From NCBI GenBank assembly GCA_025054935.1, contig JANWZD010000006.1:24228-88227 (forward strand): a stretch of 64,000 nt of DNA, written 5' to 3'. Origin of the DNA: Dehalococcoidia bacterium. Its GTDB lineage: Bacteria; Chloroflexota; Dehalococcoidia; SpSt-223. The position numbers and the translations under genes are program-made. The notes beneath the pieces are model-generated. The model was not told where the DNA came from. It saw only the letters and a program-made list of their open reading frames with translations, and ran no database searches. Within the stretch, counting starts at the first letter, position 1, and every line of letters starts with the position of its first letter. Shown here piece by piece: positions 9,576-19,402 of this stretch.

Positions 9576-9900
9576 TCACTCCCTCCTTCACCGTTCTCCC
9601 TGCTTCTCGAACCGATCCAGCTGCAGACTGTGCACCTTGCCTGCACAGTTGCAGTGTATCACATAAGAAGGCGATAAGACGAGGGGAAGTTGCACACGAT
9701 CCTGCGTCATTTCGACAGCAGGTGCCGCAGACGTTTTCTCAACAACCGAGGGCGATGCCATGAGCGTGATCGGTCTTGAAGGTGGACGACCGAACGCTCG
9801 ACGTAATCTTCCGTTCCGCCGCACCTCCCCGCTTGACATGGCCGCTCCCTCTCTCGCACGATGCCGGTCGTACGTTCAGAGAGTGCGCGAGGAGGAGCTG

Positions 9901-10413
9901 ATGACCGTCAAGCCCGGATGGCAGGGCCGCTTCTTCGAGGATTTCCAAGTCGGCGATGTCTACCGCCACAACCTTGGGCGTACCATCACCGAGGCCGACA
10001 ACATCTGGTTTACCTTACTGACAATGAACACGAATCCATCACATTTCGACGCTGAATACGCAAAGGGCACCCCCTTCGGCAAGATGTTGGTCAATTCCTG
10101 TCTCACCTTGGCGATTGTCACTGGGCAGAGCGTCTCCGATGTCAGCGAAAACGCGCTCGCCAACCTCGGCTGGGATGAAGTCCGGCTTCCCAATCCGCTC
10201 TTCGTGGGAGATACGCTCTATGCCGAGAGCGAGGTGCTCGAAGTCCGCGAGTCGAAGTCGCGGCCGAATGCCGGGATCGTGACAATCCGAACCCGAGGCA
10301 TGAAGCAGGATGGCACCGTGGTGATCGAGTTCAAGCGGACGATGATGATCTATAAGCGAGGGCACTCGCCGAAGCAGGCGCTTCACCCCGCCGAGCGGAC
10401 CGTGACCTCGTGA
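9901..10413 (+). CDS. MaoC-like (R)-specific enoyl-CoA hydratase / dehydratase (hotdog fold)
   Basis: Start at ATG 9901 with SD GAGGAGGAG 5 nt upstream. The track's longer ORF from 9760 is an extension. MaoC motifs present (GRTITEADNIWFTLLTMNTNPSHFD...LGWDEVRLPNPLFVGDTLY). Confidence 0.75.
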   Translation: MTVKPGWQGRFFEDFQVGDVYRHNLGRTITEADNIWFTLLTMNTNPSHFDAEYAKGTPFGKMLVNSCLTLAIVTGQSVSDVSENALANLGWDEVRLPNPLFVGDTLYAESEVLEVRESKSRPNAGIVTIRTRGMKQDGTVVIEFKRTMMIYKRGHSPKQALHPAERTVTS

Positions 10414-11450
10414 CCGCGGTCGATTTCGAGATCGATGCGGCTGGCACCCTGCCCGTCGAGGCGATCCCGCGATTGGCGCGTCGTGCCGAGGAGGCAGGGT
10501 TTGCAGGGATCTGGAAGGGGGAAACCAACAACCGCGACCCAGTCGCGCTGCTCGCGGCCTGCGCTACTGCCACCTCCTCTCCCCTGCTGGGAAGCGCCAT
10601 CCTGCACCTGCTCGCCCGCTCCCCAGTCGCTGCCGGCATGGCCGCAGCAACGCTCAACGAACTGTCGGGCGGTCGGTTTGTCCTCGGGCTGGGGGTCGCC
10701 AACCCAACGCTCGCGCGGTGGCACGGTGTCCGCTTCCAGCGTCCCCTTGCCATGGCGCGCGATTATGTTGCGATCGTGCGCCAGGTGTATGCCGGCGAGC
10801 GCGTTACGTGGGCGGGTGAGGCGTTCTCAGCACACGACTTTCGTTTGGCGGGCGCGCGGCCTCGCTTTCCGCTGCGGATTGTGCTGGCAGCGCTCGGCCC
10901 CCGGATGAGCCGCCTGGCCGGCGAGATTGCCGACGGGGTTCTGATCAATATGGGAGTACCGTCAGCCGTCCGCGAGATCGCCGGCTGGGCGCGGGAGGGC
11001 GCGCTTGCCGCCGGAAAAGACCCCGCCACGCTCGACATCGTGGTCAAATTCCGGGTCGTGCTGACCGACAACCAAGCGGCTGGACGAGATGCCCTCCGCC
11101 CGACCGTCGCCGCCTACTGCCGCGCTCCCGGCTATCGCGAACTGCTTGCCCGGTCGGGGTTCGCCGCCGACCTGGAACGGATCGAAGCGGCGTGGCGCAG
11201 CGGCGGCTTCAGCGCCGCCATTCGCGCTGTCGATGATGCCATGCTCGAGCGCGTGCCCGCTGCTGTTGTCGCTGACCCGGCAGCCGTCCGTCCCCTGCTC
11301 GATGACTACCTTGACGCCGGAGCGACGCGCCTCCTCCTCCCCCTGATCCCCGTCAGCGACGATCCTGCTGCAGAGACCGAGCGCTTTCTCGCTGGCTGGC
11401 AGCGAGGAGAAGCGCAGGGCGATCAGCGAGAGACAACGCCCCCAGCATGA
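10410..11450 (+). CDS. LLM-class flavin/F420-dependent oxidoreductase
   Basis: GTG start overlapping the MaoC stop (GTGA). Luciferase-like monooxygenase family signatures (EAGFAGIWKGE, FVLGLGVANP). Confidence 0.7.
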   Translation: MTAVDFEIDAAGTLPVEAIPRLARRAEEAGFAGIWKGETNNRDPVALLAACATATSSPLLGSAILHLLARSPVAAGMAAATLNELSGGRFVLGLGVANPTLARWHGVRFQRPLAMARDYVAIVRQVYAGERVTWAGEAFSAHDFRLAGARPRFPLRIVLAALGPRMSRLAGEIADGVLINMGVPSAVREIAGWAREGALAAGKDPATLDIVVKFRVVLTDNQAAGRDALRPTVAAYCRAPGYRELLARSGFAADLERIEAAWRSGGFSAAIRAVDDAMLERVPAAVVADPAAVRPLLDDYLDAGATRLLLPLIPVSDDPAAETERFLAGWQRGEAQGDQRETTPPA

Positions 11451-11568
11451 GCCCGTGCGCGCCGACGAGAGCACACCCCTGAGCATGCTGCGGACGCGGG
11501 CTGACCGGCTGCAGCCTTCCTCCGCGCAAAGGAGGTTCCGGAACGAGGGGACGGGAGAAAGGGACCGC

Positions 11569-13248
11569 CTACTCTGATGGAGCAGCGACGGGAGGGGCGG
11601 CAGGCGCTTCGGTCTCGCTCAGGGTGCCAAGCGGCAGCTGATCGCCCTCGTGCAGCACCCGGATTGCCGCCGCAATGAAATCGCGATAGAGGGGATGCGG
11701 CCGCGTCGGCCGCGACTTGAACTCAGGATGGAACTGGACGCCGAGCATCCACGGATGCCCGACGATCTCGCTGACCTCGACGAGCCGACCATCGGGCGAG
11801 GTGCCGCTGATGCAGAGCCCGGCGCGGGTGAGGAGGTCGCGGTAGTCGTTGTTGAACTCGAACCGATGACGATGCCGCTCATAGACGACCCGCTCCCCAT
11901 AGGCTCGTGCCGCCAAGGTGTTGGGCACAAGATGGCAGGGATACTGGCCGAGACGCATGGTGCCGCCTTTCTCGGCCAGCCCTCGCTGCTCGGGAAGCAG
12001 GTCGAAGATCGGATGCGGCGTGGCGAAGTTCAGTTCGGTCGAATTGGCCTCCTCGCAGCCAAGGACCGCGCGCGCAAATTCAATCACCATGATCTGCATG
12101 CCGAGGCAGAGCCCGAGATAGGGGATCCGATGCGTGCGCGCATAACGCGCCGCCTTGATCATCCCTTCCGTTCCTCGGCTCCCGAAGCCGCCCGGCACAA
12201 CGATCCCATCGTAGCCGCGCAAGATCGGCTCGGGGTCTTCCCGCTCGAGGCGTTCGCTGTCGATCCACGCCAACTCGAGCGTGCGGCCGTGGAAGACGGC
12301 GGCGTGCTGCAGTGCCTCTTTGACGGAGAGATAGGAGTCCTGCAGATCAACATATTTGCCCACAAGCGCGATCCGCACTGCCTCTTTGGGCGCCTTGATC
12401 CGGGCGACGAGATCGCGCCACTCCGCAAGATCGGGCTCGTGCGCCGGAAGGTTCAGCCGCTCGACGAGCCTATCGCCGAGGCCTTGATCTTCGAGAATAA
12501 GCGGGACTTCGTAGATCGAGGAGACGGTCGGAAGCGTGATCACCGCCTCGACATCGACGTCCGTGAAGAGCGCAATCTTCTCCTTGAGATCATTCGAGAC
12601 CGGCACTTCAGAGCGGCAGATGATGACATCGGGCTGGATGCCCATGCTGCGCAGCTCCTTGACAGAGTGCTGGGTCGGCTTCGTTTTCAGCTCGCCGGTC
12701 GCCATGAGATACGGCAGCAGCGTGACATGGATGTAGAGAACGTTATCTCTTCCCGCATCTTTGCGCATCTGTCGGATCGCTTCGAGGAACGGCTGCCCCT
12801 CAATGTCGCCAACGGTGCCGCCCACTTCGACGATGATGACCTGCGCTCCGGTCTGCTTCGCGACGAGAGCGATCCGGTCTTTGATTTCGTTGGTGACATG
12901 CGGCACGACCTGGATCGTGCCCCCAAGGTAATCGCCGCGCCGCTCCTTGGCGATGACGCTGGTGTACACCTGCCCGGTCGTCACATTGCTCAGCCGGCTG
13001 AGCGAGACATCGATGAACCGCTCGTAGTGGCCGAGATCGAGGTCGGTCTCCGCTCCGTCATCGGTGACAAACACTTCGCCGTGCTGATAGGGCGACATCG
13101 TGCCCGGGTCGACATTCAGATAGGGGTCGAGTTTCTGCGCCGACACGGAAATGCCCCGGCTTTTCAAGACACGGCCGATCGAGGCGACGGTGATCCCCTT
13201 GCCGACCGAACTGGCAACGCCGCCCGTCACGAAGATGTACTTCGGCAT
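11569..13248 (-). CDS. pyrG: CTP synthase
   Basis: 559 aa. N-terminal [25 protein letters not shown]; synthetase domain and C-terminal glutamine amidotransferase domain (GLCLGMQ, HPEF). Confidence 0.95.
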   Translation of the reverse strand: MPKYIFVTGGVASSVGKGITVASIGRVLKSRGISVSAQKLDPYLNVDPGTMSPYQHGEVFVTDDGAETDLDLGHYERFIDVSLSRLSNVTTGQVYTSVIAKERRGDYLGGTIQVVPHVTNEIKDRIALVAKQTGAQVIIVEVGGTVGDIEGQPFLEAIRQMRKDAGRDNVLYIHVTLLPYLMATGELKTKPTQHSVKELRSMGIQPDVIICRSEVPVSNDLKEKIALFTDVDVEAVITLPTVSSIYEVPLILEDQGLGDRLVERLNLPAHEPDLAEWRDLVARIKAPKEAVRIALVGKYVDLQDSYLSVKEALQHAAVFHGRTLELAWIDSERLEREDPEPILRGYDGIVVPGGFGSRGTEGMIKAARYARTHRIPYLGLCLGMQIMVIEFARAVLGCEEANSTELNFATPHPIFDLLPEQRGLAEKGGTMRLGQYPCHLVPNTLAARAYGERVVYERHRHRFEFNNDYRDLLTRAGLCISGTSPDGRLVEVSEIVGHPWMLGVQFHPEFKSRPTRPHPLYRDFIAAAIRVLHEGDQLPLGTLSETEAPAAPPVAAPSE

Positions 13249-13439
13249 GCTACTCCTCGCTCAAGCAGGCTGGCCACGGATTGTACGGTTCGAGGTCCTG
13301 CCGCTCTAGCAGCTCCGCTGAGCGAGGAAAGAGGAAAAAAGAGCCGGCCACGAACGGCAGCAGGAGAGGAGACAGCCCAGCGGTCAGAGAACAGGCGGGG
13401 GACCAGTGGGCATCGCGACACAGCGAAGTGTATCACGCC

Positions 13440-14381
13440 CTACCGCCGAACTAACAGGGGCTCGATATCGCGCCACGAGAGGATCGCGCGCCGCTGAATT
13501 CGCTGCCGCTGCTGAAGCACCACCGCCACTTCCCGGAGCACCGCCAGCCGGCCTCGAAGCGGGGCGGTCTCCCCCCGAAGCAGCCCCCGCGCCACCGCCG
13601 CCCCATCGAGCAGCGGCGCGGCGAGCAGCGCGAACGTCAGGCCGGGCTGGGGCATATTTTTCAGCACGCTCAGCAGCCGGTTGCGCCCGAGGAGAAATTG
13701 CTTCGTCGCGGGAAAGCGCCCGCCGGTTCCCGAATGGGCATGACGCACCACAGCGTTCGGAATGTAGCGCCCCGGCCAGCCGCGCAACTGCGCCCGCCAC
13801 GCTAGGTCGACATCTTCGTAGTAGCTTCCGAAGCGCTCGTCGAACAGCCCCACGTCTTCGAGCATGCTGCGGCGATAGAGCGCCGCGCCGGCGCAGGCGC
13901 CGAACACCGGGCAGGGCGCCTCTCGCTCCGGCACCCGCTCACCGGCACGCAGGTTCCACGCAAAGCCGAAGCGGTCGGGCGCGATCCCCGCCGAGTCAAA
14001 GACCGTCGGGTCATCCAGCCGGACCATCCGTGAGGCCGCCATCGCGAGGTTGTTATCTGCCTCGCAGGCATCAACCAACGCGGCAAGCCAATCCGGCTCG
14101 GCGATCGCGTCGTTGTTGAGCGTGGCAAGATAGTGACCGCGCGCCGCGGCCATTCCTTGGTTTGTCGCCGCCGCAAAGCCGCGGTTGCGCCGGTTGCGAA
14201 TCAGACGGACGCGCGGAAAGGCGCGCTCGATGAACTCGACGGTGCTGTCGGTGGAGCCGTTATCGACAACGATCGTCTCGAACCGGACACCGCGCTGCGC
14301 TTCTACCGCCGGCAGGCAGCGTTCGAGCCACTGCCGGCCGTTCCATGTCACGATGATCACCGAGGCAAGCGGTTCTGTCAC
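13440..14381 (-). CDS. glycosyltransferase family 2 protein
   Basis: Real gene is the C-terminal 313 aa of the track's 840 aa ORF. GTG start at 14381 overlaps the upstream gene's TGA (GTGA coupling). GT2 signatures: SVIIVTWNGRQWLERCL, TIVVDNGSTDST, LNNDAI. Confidence 0.75.
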   Translation of the reverse strand: MTEPLASVIIVTWNGRQWLERCLPAVEAQRGVRFETIVVDNGSTDSTVEFIERAFPRVRLIRNRRNRGFAAATNQGMAAARGHYLATLNNDAIAEPDWLAALVDACEADNNLAMAASRMVRLDDPTVFDSAGIAPDRFGFAWNLRAGERVPEREAPCPVFGACAGAALYRRSMLEDVGLFDERFGSYYEDVDLAWRAQLRGWPGRYIPNAVVRHAHSGTGGRFPATKQFLLGRNRLLSVLKNMPQPGLTFALLAAPLLDGAAVARGLLRGETAPLRGRLAVLREVAVVLQQRQRIQRRAILSWRDIEPLLVRR

Positions 14382-16540
14382 GGAGCATCCAGCCGATAGA
14401 GGTCGACTGTAAACCGAAGCCGCTCCCACTGGCGCGGCAGCCGGTCGAGAGGACGTTCGAGCGCCGGGACATCGAACGCCACAGTGGCGATCGGCTCGCG
14501 GACCGTCGGAGCCGGCGGAAGGCTCCGCTCGCGCAAATACAGCACCGGCCGTCCCTCGGCGTGCCAGCGACGGACCGCCGCGGTAAGGCCAGGGTCGTGA
14601 AATGCCTTCTCTTCGATGGCGAAGACTGTCCGCCCGTAGGCGAAGTGGAGCGGCATCGCCAGCCGTTCGGCAGCAGGGCTCCAGGCGAGCAGCACCACGG
14701 CGTCCGCCGGGATCGCCTCGGCGAGCGCGTCGAGCTGACGGCGCGCGCCCCCATACTCTGTCTCGCCTAGGATCGGACGCGCCTGCCAGAGCAGCATCAG
14801 GGCGAGCACGCCGCCAAGCGCAATGCTGAGCAGGCGATCCCGCCGCGACCGAGCAGAGTGCGCAAGGGCAAACAGCAAATAGGCGATGCCGAGCGAGAAG
14901 ACCGGCACCACGAGCGGAAGATAGCGACGAAACGCCCAGAAATGGGTGGGAGTGACAAGCGACTGCGTGAGCAAGATCAGCGCGGAGATCGCGCCTGCTC
15001 CCGCAAAGAGGAGCAGCACCGGATGCGGCCGCGCGATACCGATCGCGGTCACCCCCGCAACTGCGGCGGCAAGCCCGAGCGGGGTGAAGTACCAGCCAAG
15101 CTGGACAAAGCTCTCTCGGTTTGCGAGCACTACTGCGCGCACGGCAGGGTCGGCTGGGAGGTCGGTGTCTACCACGATCGGGCGGATGAAGAATGCCCAA
15201 AAGCTGAGCGCCGCGACACTCCCTGCAAGCGCGAGATTGAGCCGCGGCGATTCTGGGAGCCGCAGCCAAGGCGCTCGGCCGCGCAGCAGCAGCATAAGCG
15301 CAAGAACGAGGAGGAGGACGCCGGCAGGCCCGACAAAGACCCACCAGTTTGCGGCCGCCAGCCGTCCCAGCTGCTCGAGCGCGAACGGACGGTCGAGGTT
15401 CGCCGTGTCGAGCGCCCGCAGGTCGAGCGCGGAGCGCACGCCCGCAACCGCCGCGAGGTCGAGAGCAATGCGGAGGAGATAGAAGCGCGCAAAGAGTAGC
15501 GCGTGAGCAGCGGCCTGCGCCACAACCAGCAGATAGGCGACCAGCAGCGCGGTCTCGCACCGAGACCAGCGGCCGCGGACCCACTGCCATCCCAGCGCGG
15601 CCGCAAGCGCAGCCGGAAGCACGACGAGATCGATCTTGGCAAGATGGACCAGCCCGAAGCTCGCGCCCGCAAGCGCCGCGAACAGGGGCGAATGGCGGGT
15701 TGCGGCGAAGGCGAGCAGCGCGAAGCCGGTCAGCGCCATCGTCTGCGCCATCAGGTCTGCCATCGGGTAGCGTCCGAACCAGATCTCGCCCACATTGAGC
15801 CCGAGAAAGAGCGCGCCGCCAACCCCCACCGCCGGGTGAACGAGTAGCCGACCGATGAGATAGAGGGCGCCCAGCGCTCCAAGGTAGAGGGTTGGCGCGC
15901 CCCACAGCGGATTCCCGCCCAGCGCCCAGATCGCCATCCAAGCGGGAAAGAGGTGAAACCATTCCGGTTCGAGCAGCCCGCGCTCGGCATCATGCACCGT
16001 CACAAACGGCATGCCAGAGCGATGCCACGGCGCCGGGACGTTGCCGAACAGAGCGCGCCGCTCTTCGGCGGTCAGCCGCGGGAGCTCCGGGTCAGGCACG
16101 AGCAGCGCGCCCGTCCGCGCCATGGCAAGCGCCGTGTTGACATAGACGCCCGGGTCGTAGATGCCGAAGACATATTCCGCCGGGCGGTGCGCCAGCGCCG
16201 CCCCAAGCAGCAGCACGAGGCCCATCATCGCGCTCCACCGCCCGACCACGACGGTGCCGAACGGCAGCGCGCGCCCGCGTGCCGCGGCAATGCCGCCTGC
16301 GGCGCCGAGCGCCGCCCAGACGGCCACGAAGATGGGGAGACGCAACAGTCCCAGTTCGGCGAGCGTGAGCGCAAGCCACGAGTTGAATGCGATCGACAGG
16401 ATCAGCGCAGTGAGAGCGACGTCGACAAGCTCAGTGCGGCAGCCTGCGCGCGCTAGAGGAAGACGGCAGAGGAGGAGCAGAGCAAAGCCCGGCAGCAGCA
16501 GCGCACAGGGTGAGAGGAGGAGAAGCGAGAGCAGGTTCAC
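14378..16540 (-). CDS. large polytopic membrane protein, putative GT-C-type (lipid-linked sugar dependent) glycosyltransferase
   Basis: 720 aa, >12 predicted hydrophobic segments by eye. ATGA start/stop overlap with the upstream paralog; TGA overlaps the GT2 start. Family assignment is inference from architecture and context. Confidence 0.55.
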   Translation of the reverse strand: MNLLSLLLLSPCALLLPGFALLLLCRLPLARAGCRTELVDVALTALILSIAFNSWLALTLAELGLLRLPIFVAVWAALGAAGGIAAARGRALPFGTVVVGRWSAMMGLVLLLGAALAHRPAEYVFGIYDPGVYVNTALAMARTGALLVPDPELPRLTAEERRALFGNVPAPWHRSGMPFVTVHDAERGLLEPEWFHLFPAWMAIWALGGNPLWGAPTLYLGALGALYLIGRLLVHPAVGVGGALFLGLNVGEIWFGRYPMADLMAQTMALTGFALLAFAATRHSPLFAALAGASFGLVHLAKIDLVVLPAALAAALGWQWVRGRWSRCETALLVAYLLVVAQAAAHALLFARFYLLRIALDLAAVAGVRSALDLRALDTANLDRPFALEQLGRLAAANWWVFVGPAGVLLLVLALMLLLRGRAPWLRLPESPRLNLALAGSVAALSFWAFFIRPIVVDTDLPADPAVRAVVLANRESFVQLGWYFTPLGLAAAVAGVTAIGIARPHPVLLLFAGAGAISALILLTQSLVTPTHFWAFRRYLPLVVPVFSLGIAYLLFALAHSARSRRDRLLSIALGGVLALMLLWQARPILGETEYGGARRQLDALAEAIPADAVVLLAWSPAAERLAMPLHFAYGRTVFAIEEKAFHDPGLTAAVRRWHAEGRPVLYLRERSLPPAPTVREPIATVAFDVPALERPLDRLPRQWERLRFTVDLYRLDAP

Positions 16541-18360
16541 GGCGCCCGGTCAAGCAGCTGATAGACCACATCGTCGCCGAACCGCGCCACCTCGGCGAGC
16601 GGCAACGACGGCGCCGTCATGTCGAAACGTGCCCGCGCTTGCTCATCGAGCGACGCCCGATGGACCACGAGGTAGCGCACCCCGCGCTCGCGCAGCAGTG
16701 CGAGGGCAGCCGGGGTTGGTCCCTCCGCCAGTTCGCGAGAGAGCGCCACAAGATCCGCAGGCCGGTAGGCGCTCGTCCCATTGACAATCGGCCGGCCATG
16801 GCGAAGCGCCGCCAGCATCCGAACGCTCTCCAGCCATGCCCGCTCGGTGTGGAGCAGCATCGGCAGCACCGCCACCGCCCCGGGTTCCGGCGCCGTCGCC
16901 AGCCACTCCTCGGCCGCTGTCGAGGCAGGAGCGAGCGCGCGCGGATTGCGTCCGAGCGCGGGGTAGTCATCGGTGGAATGCGCGACGGCGCCTTCCCCAA
17001 GCCAGACCGGCACGGCATAGCTCGCTGGATAGGAAGCGCTTTCCGCGACAATCAGCAGGCCGAGTGCGGCAGCAAGCGCAGGGGGCAGCCAGCGATGCGG
17101 GAGCGAGCGCACTGCCGAGAACAGCGCCGCCAGCCCGAACCCCGCGGTCAGCGCCAGCGCTATCTGCACAATGCCGCCGGCGCGCGCCGGGACGCGCAGG
17201 CCCGCGAAACCAGGAACATGCTCATACAGCCAGCCATACCACTGCAACCCGAGCGGGAGGCTGGGATTGAGCCCGAACGAGAGGCCGAGATTAACCGCCG
17301 CAACAGCGAGCAGCGCAAGCGCAATGCTGCGCGACGGTCCTCGCCGCGCGAGCGCCGTGCCCGCTCCTGCCGCTGCGAATATGAGCACGACGAGGCCGGG
17401 GAACAACGACCGCTCCGACCACTGGTCCGGCCGCAGCGGCGCCACGAGCCGACCCAAGAGGAGATTGCTCGGCGGAACAACGAGGTAGTCAGTCAGCGAG
17501 GCACTGTAGGTGCGCACCTCGTCGGGAGCGCGCGTAAAGGCCATCCGCTCGCTCACAGCGAGATAGCGGAGCGCAAGCGGGAGATTGAGCGCGAGCGAGA
17601 GCGCGGCCACCGCCCCCAGCAGCAGCAAGCGCCTCGGCCACAGGGCCGACCGCACCATCTGGTCCGTCGCCGCCCGGACAAGGACCCACACCCCCAGCGT
17701 CACTGCAACGAGCGGCGCAAGGTTGTATGAGGAGAACAGCAGCACATTCACTCCGCCGGCGAGCAGGAGCGCGTCCCGCCCGCGGCTGCTGACCAAGAGC
17801 CGGTCGAGAAACAGCAGAACAAAGGGGAGCCAGTGCAGCCAGAGCAGGTTGAGATGGCTGACATGGGCGATGCGAAAGGGGCTGAAGGCGACCGCGAGCC
17901 CGACGAGGAAGGCAGCAAGAGGTGAGCCGGTGAATTGCCGCGTCAGCAGATAGCCGCCGAGCGCAGCGAGGGTGAAGGAGAGCAGTGTGAGCAGATTAGC
18001 GGCAAGAACAGGGTTGCCGGTGAGCTGGATAATGGGCCACGCAGCGAGCCCCTGCGCGAGCAGATGGTCGTGAAAAAGAAGAACGTCTCGGTGCGGGAAG
18101 AAGAACGGCGCATCCAGCACGCCGCCGAGGTTGCGCGGGATCGTCCGCGCATACCAGGCGAGGTACCAGACCATAACGAGCGGGTCGCCGAAGTCGGGCA
18201 CCCCCTGCGTCAGATCGAGAGCGACGGGATAGGTGAGGATAAGCGTCCCAAGAGCGTAGGCGGCTGCCACGCCGAGGATGCCGGCATAGCGGCGAACAGA
18301 CAGGCGGATGGAGGCGACCGCCAAAGACGCCCGCTTGTCACCCGCCAGCGTCACGCTCAA
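16537..18360 (-). CDS. large polytopic membrane protein, putative GT-C-type glycosyltransferase (paralog of 19403-21535)
   Basis: 607 aa. Its N-terminal ~150 aa align motif-for-motif with the 710 aa protein upstream (TYP..L...VP..GD...W.LAWYA...P..L...P.F.P.......D.H..AQ...AWPII.LTG.PVLA.NLL). ATGA coupling at both ends. Confidence 0.55.
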   Translation of the reverse strand: MSVTLAGDKRASLAVASIRLSVRRYAGILGVAAAYALGTLILTYPVALDLTQGVPDFGDPLVMVWYLAWYARTIPRNLGGVLDAPFFFPHRDVLLFHDHLLAQGLAAWPIIQLTGNPVLAANLLTLLSFTLAALGGYLLTRQFTGSPLAAFLVGLAVAFSPFRIAHVSHLNLLWLHWLPFVLLFLDRLLVSSRGRDALLLAGGVNVLLFSSYNLAPLVAVTLGVWVLVRAATDQMVRSALWPRRLLLLGAVAALSLALNLPLALRYLAVSERMAFTRAPDEVRTYSASLTDYLVVPPSNLLLGRLVAPLRPDQWSERSLFPGLVVLIFAAAGAGTALARRGPSRSIALALLAVAAVNLGLSFGLNPSLPLGLQWYGWLYEHVPGFAGLRVPARAGGIVQIALALTAGFGLAALFSAVRSLPHRWLPPALAAALGLLIVAESASYPASYAVPVWLGEGAVAHSTDDYPALGRNPRALAPASTAAEEWLATAPEPGAVAVLPMLLHTERAWLESVRMLAALRHGRPIVNGTSAYRPADLVALSRELAEGPTPAALALLRERGVRYLVVHRASLDEQARARFDMTAPSLPLAEVARFGDDVVYQLLDRAP

Positions 18361-19373
18361 TGTTTCCCGAACACCTCGAACATCAGCCGCTGTGCTTCTT
18401 CGCGGCGCGATTGATCCATCAAAATGCCGGGGACCTGAAAGGTCGGCAGATCGACAACATCTTTGTACGCCTCGAACTTTTTCCGGACTTCGTCGGGCGT
18501 GCCGGCGATGCTCATTGCGTCGATCATGTCGTCCGTCACGGCGTCGATCATCGCCGTCATATCATGCTTGACATGGAATGCCTCTTGGATCGCCATCCGC
18601 TGCTTGGTCCATCCTTGCGAATCGGGGATGTGGCTGTAACTGCGGGTGGTGAGATAGAAGGCGATCTGGGCAGCCGCTTCGCGCCGCGCTTGGGCGCGGT
18701 CATTCGAGATCGCCGTCAAGATCCAGGTCGAAAGGGTGAAGTCCTCCCGCTTTCGGCCAGCCCGGCGGAGCCCGATGGCGAGGTTCGGCTCGATGAACTC
18801 CTTGATAAACCGGATCGAGTTGACCGGGTGTCCCGCTAATCCTTCACACAGTTCACCCGTCAGCTGAAGCATCTTCTCGCGGACCGCTGCCATGTAGATC
18901 GGAATTGTCGGCTGGTAGACCTTTGCGCGCCGGAACTGCCGGAGATCGATCTGGTAAAACCGCCCCTCATACTTGATCCGCTGCGGCTCGTGCGCCGCCC
19001 AGCAGCGGCGCAGGATCTCAATCAGTTCGCGCATCTGCGGGACCGGATGCTCAACAGTCACCGAACTTTCGACTTGGTTTTGGCGCGGCGTCCCCCCGGC
19101 AAGGCCGAGGACAAACCGCCCCTCGGAGATTTCGTCAAGGTCGGCAGCGGCAACTGCAGTGACAGTACAGGCACGCACAAAGGCGCGCGCGATTCCGGAG
19201 CCGAGACCGATCTTCTTGGTGTTGAGCGCCATTGCGGTGAGGCCGATGAAGCCGTCGACCCCGGTATTGTCATTGAACCAGACGAGGTCAAAGCCGGCGT
19301 CTTCTGCCTGCTGCGCTGCTTTGACAGCGTCTGCGATCGTCCGTCCGCCGACGGACACCGCTCGTTTCTGCAT
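18357..19373 (-). CDS. LLM-class flavin/F420-dependent oxidoreductase embedded in the glycosyltransferase operon
   Basis: 338 aa. Luciferase-like family signatures (AEDAGFDLVWFNDN, FVLGLAGG). Its stop overlaps the downstream GT-C start (ATGA). Confidence 0.75.
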   Translation of the reverse strand: MQKRAVSVGGRTIADAVKAAQQAEDAGFDLVWFNDNTGVDGFIGLTAMALNTKKIGLGSGIARAFVRACTVTAVAAADLDEISEGRFVLGLAGGTPRQNQVESSVTVEHPVPQMRELIEILRRCWAAHEPQRIKYEGRFYQIDLRQFRRAKVYQPTIPIYMAAVREKMLQLTGELCEGLAGHPVNSIRFIKEFIEPNLAIGLRRAGRKREDFTLSTWILTAISNDRAQARREAAAQIAFYLTTRSYSHIPDSQGWTKQRMAIQEAFHVKHDMTAMIDAVTDDMIDAMSIAGTPDEVRKKFEAYKDVVDLPTFQVPGILMDQSRREEAQRLMFEVFGKH

Positions 19374-19402
19374 GGACCCTCCTGCTGATTGCCGGAAGCA
19401 TT

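Noticed and set aside
9399-9677. 92 aa plus-strand ORF in the low-GC islet
   Set aside because: Antisense to the SD-preceded 84 aa ORF. No RBS. Considered the less likely of the two.
14382-15962. N-terminal 527 aa of the 840 aa ORF 13440-15962
   Set aside because: It overlaps the 720 aa membrane-protein gene in another frame. Only the C-terminal GT2 portion, from GTG 14381, has protein-like sequence and a coupled start.
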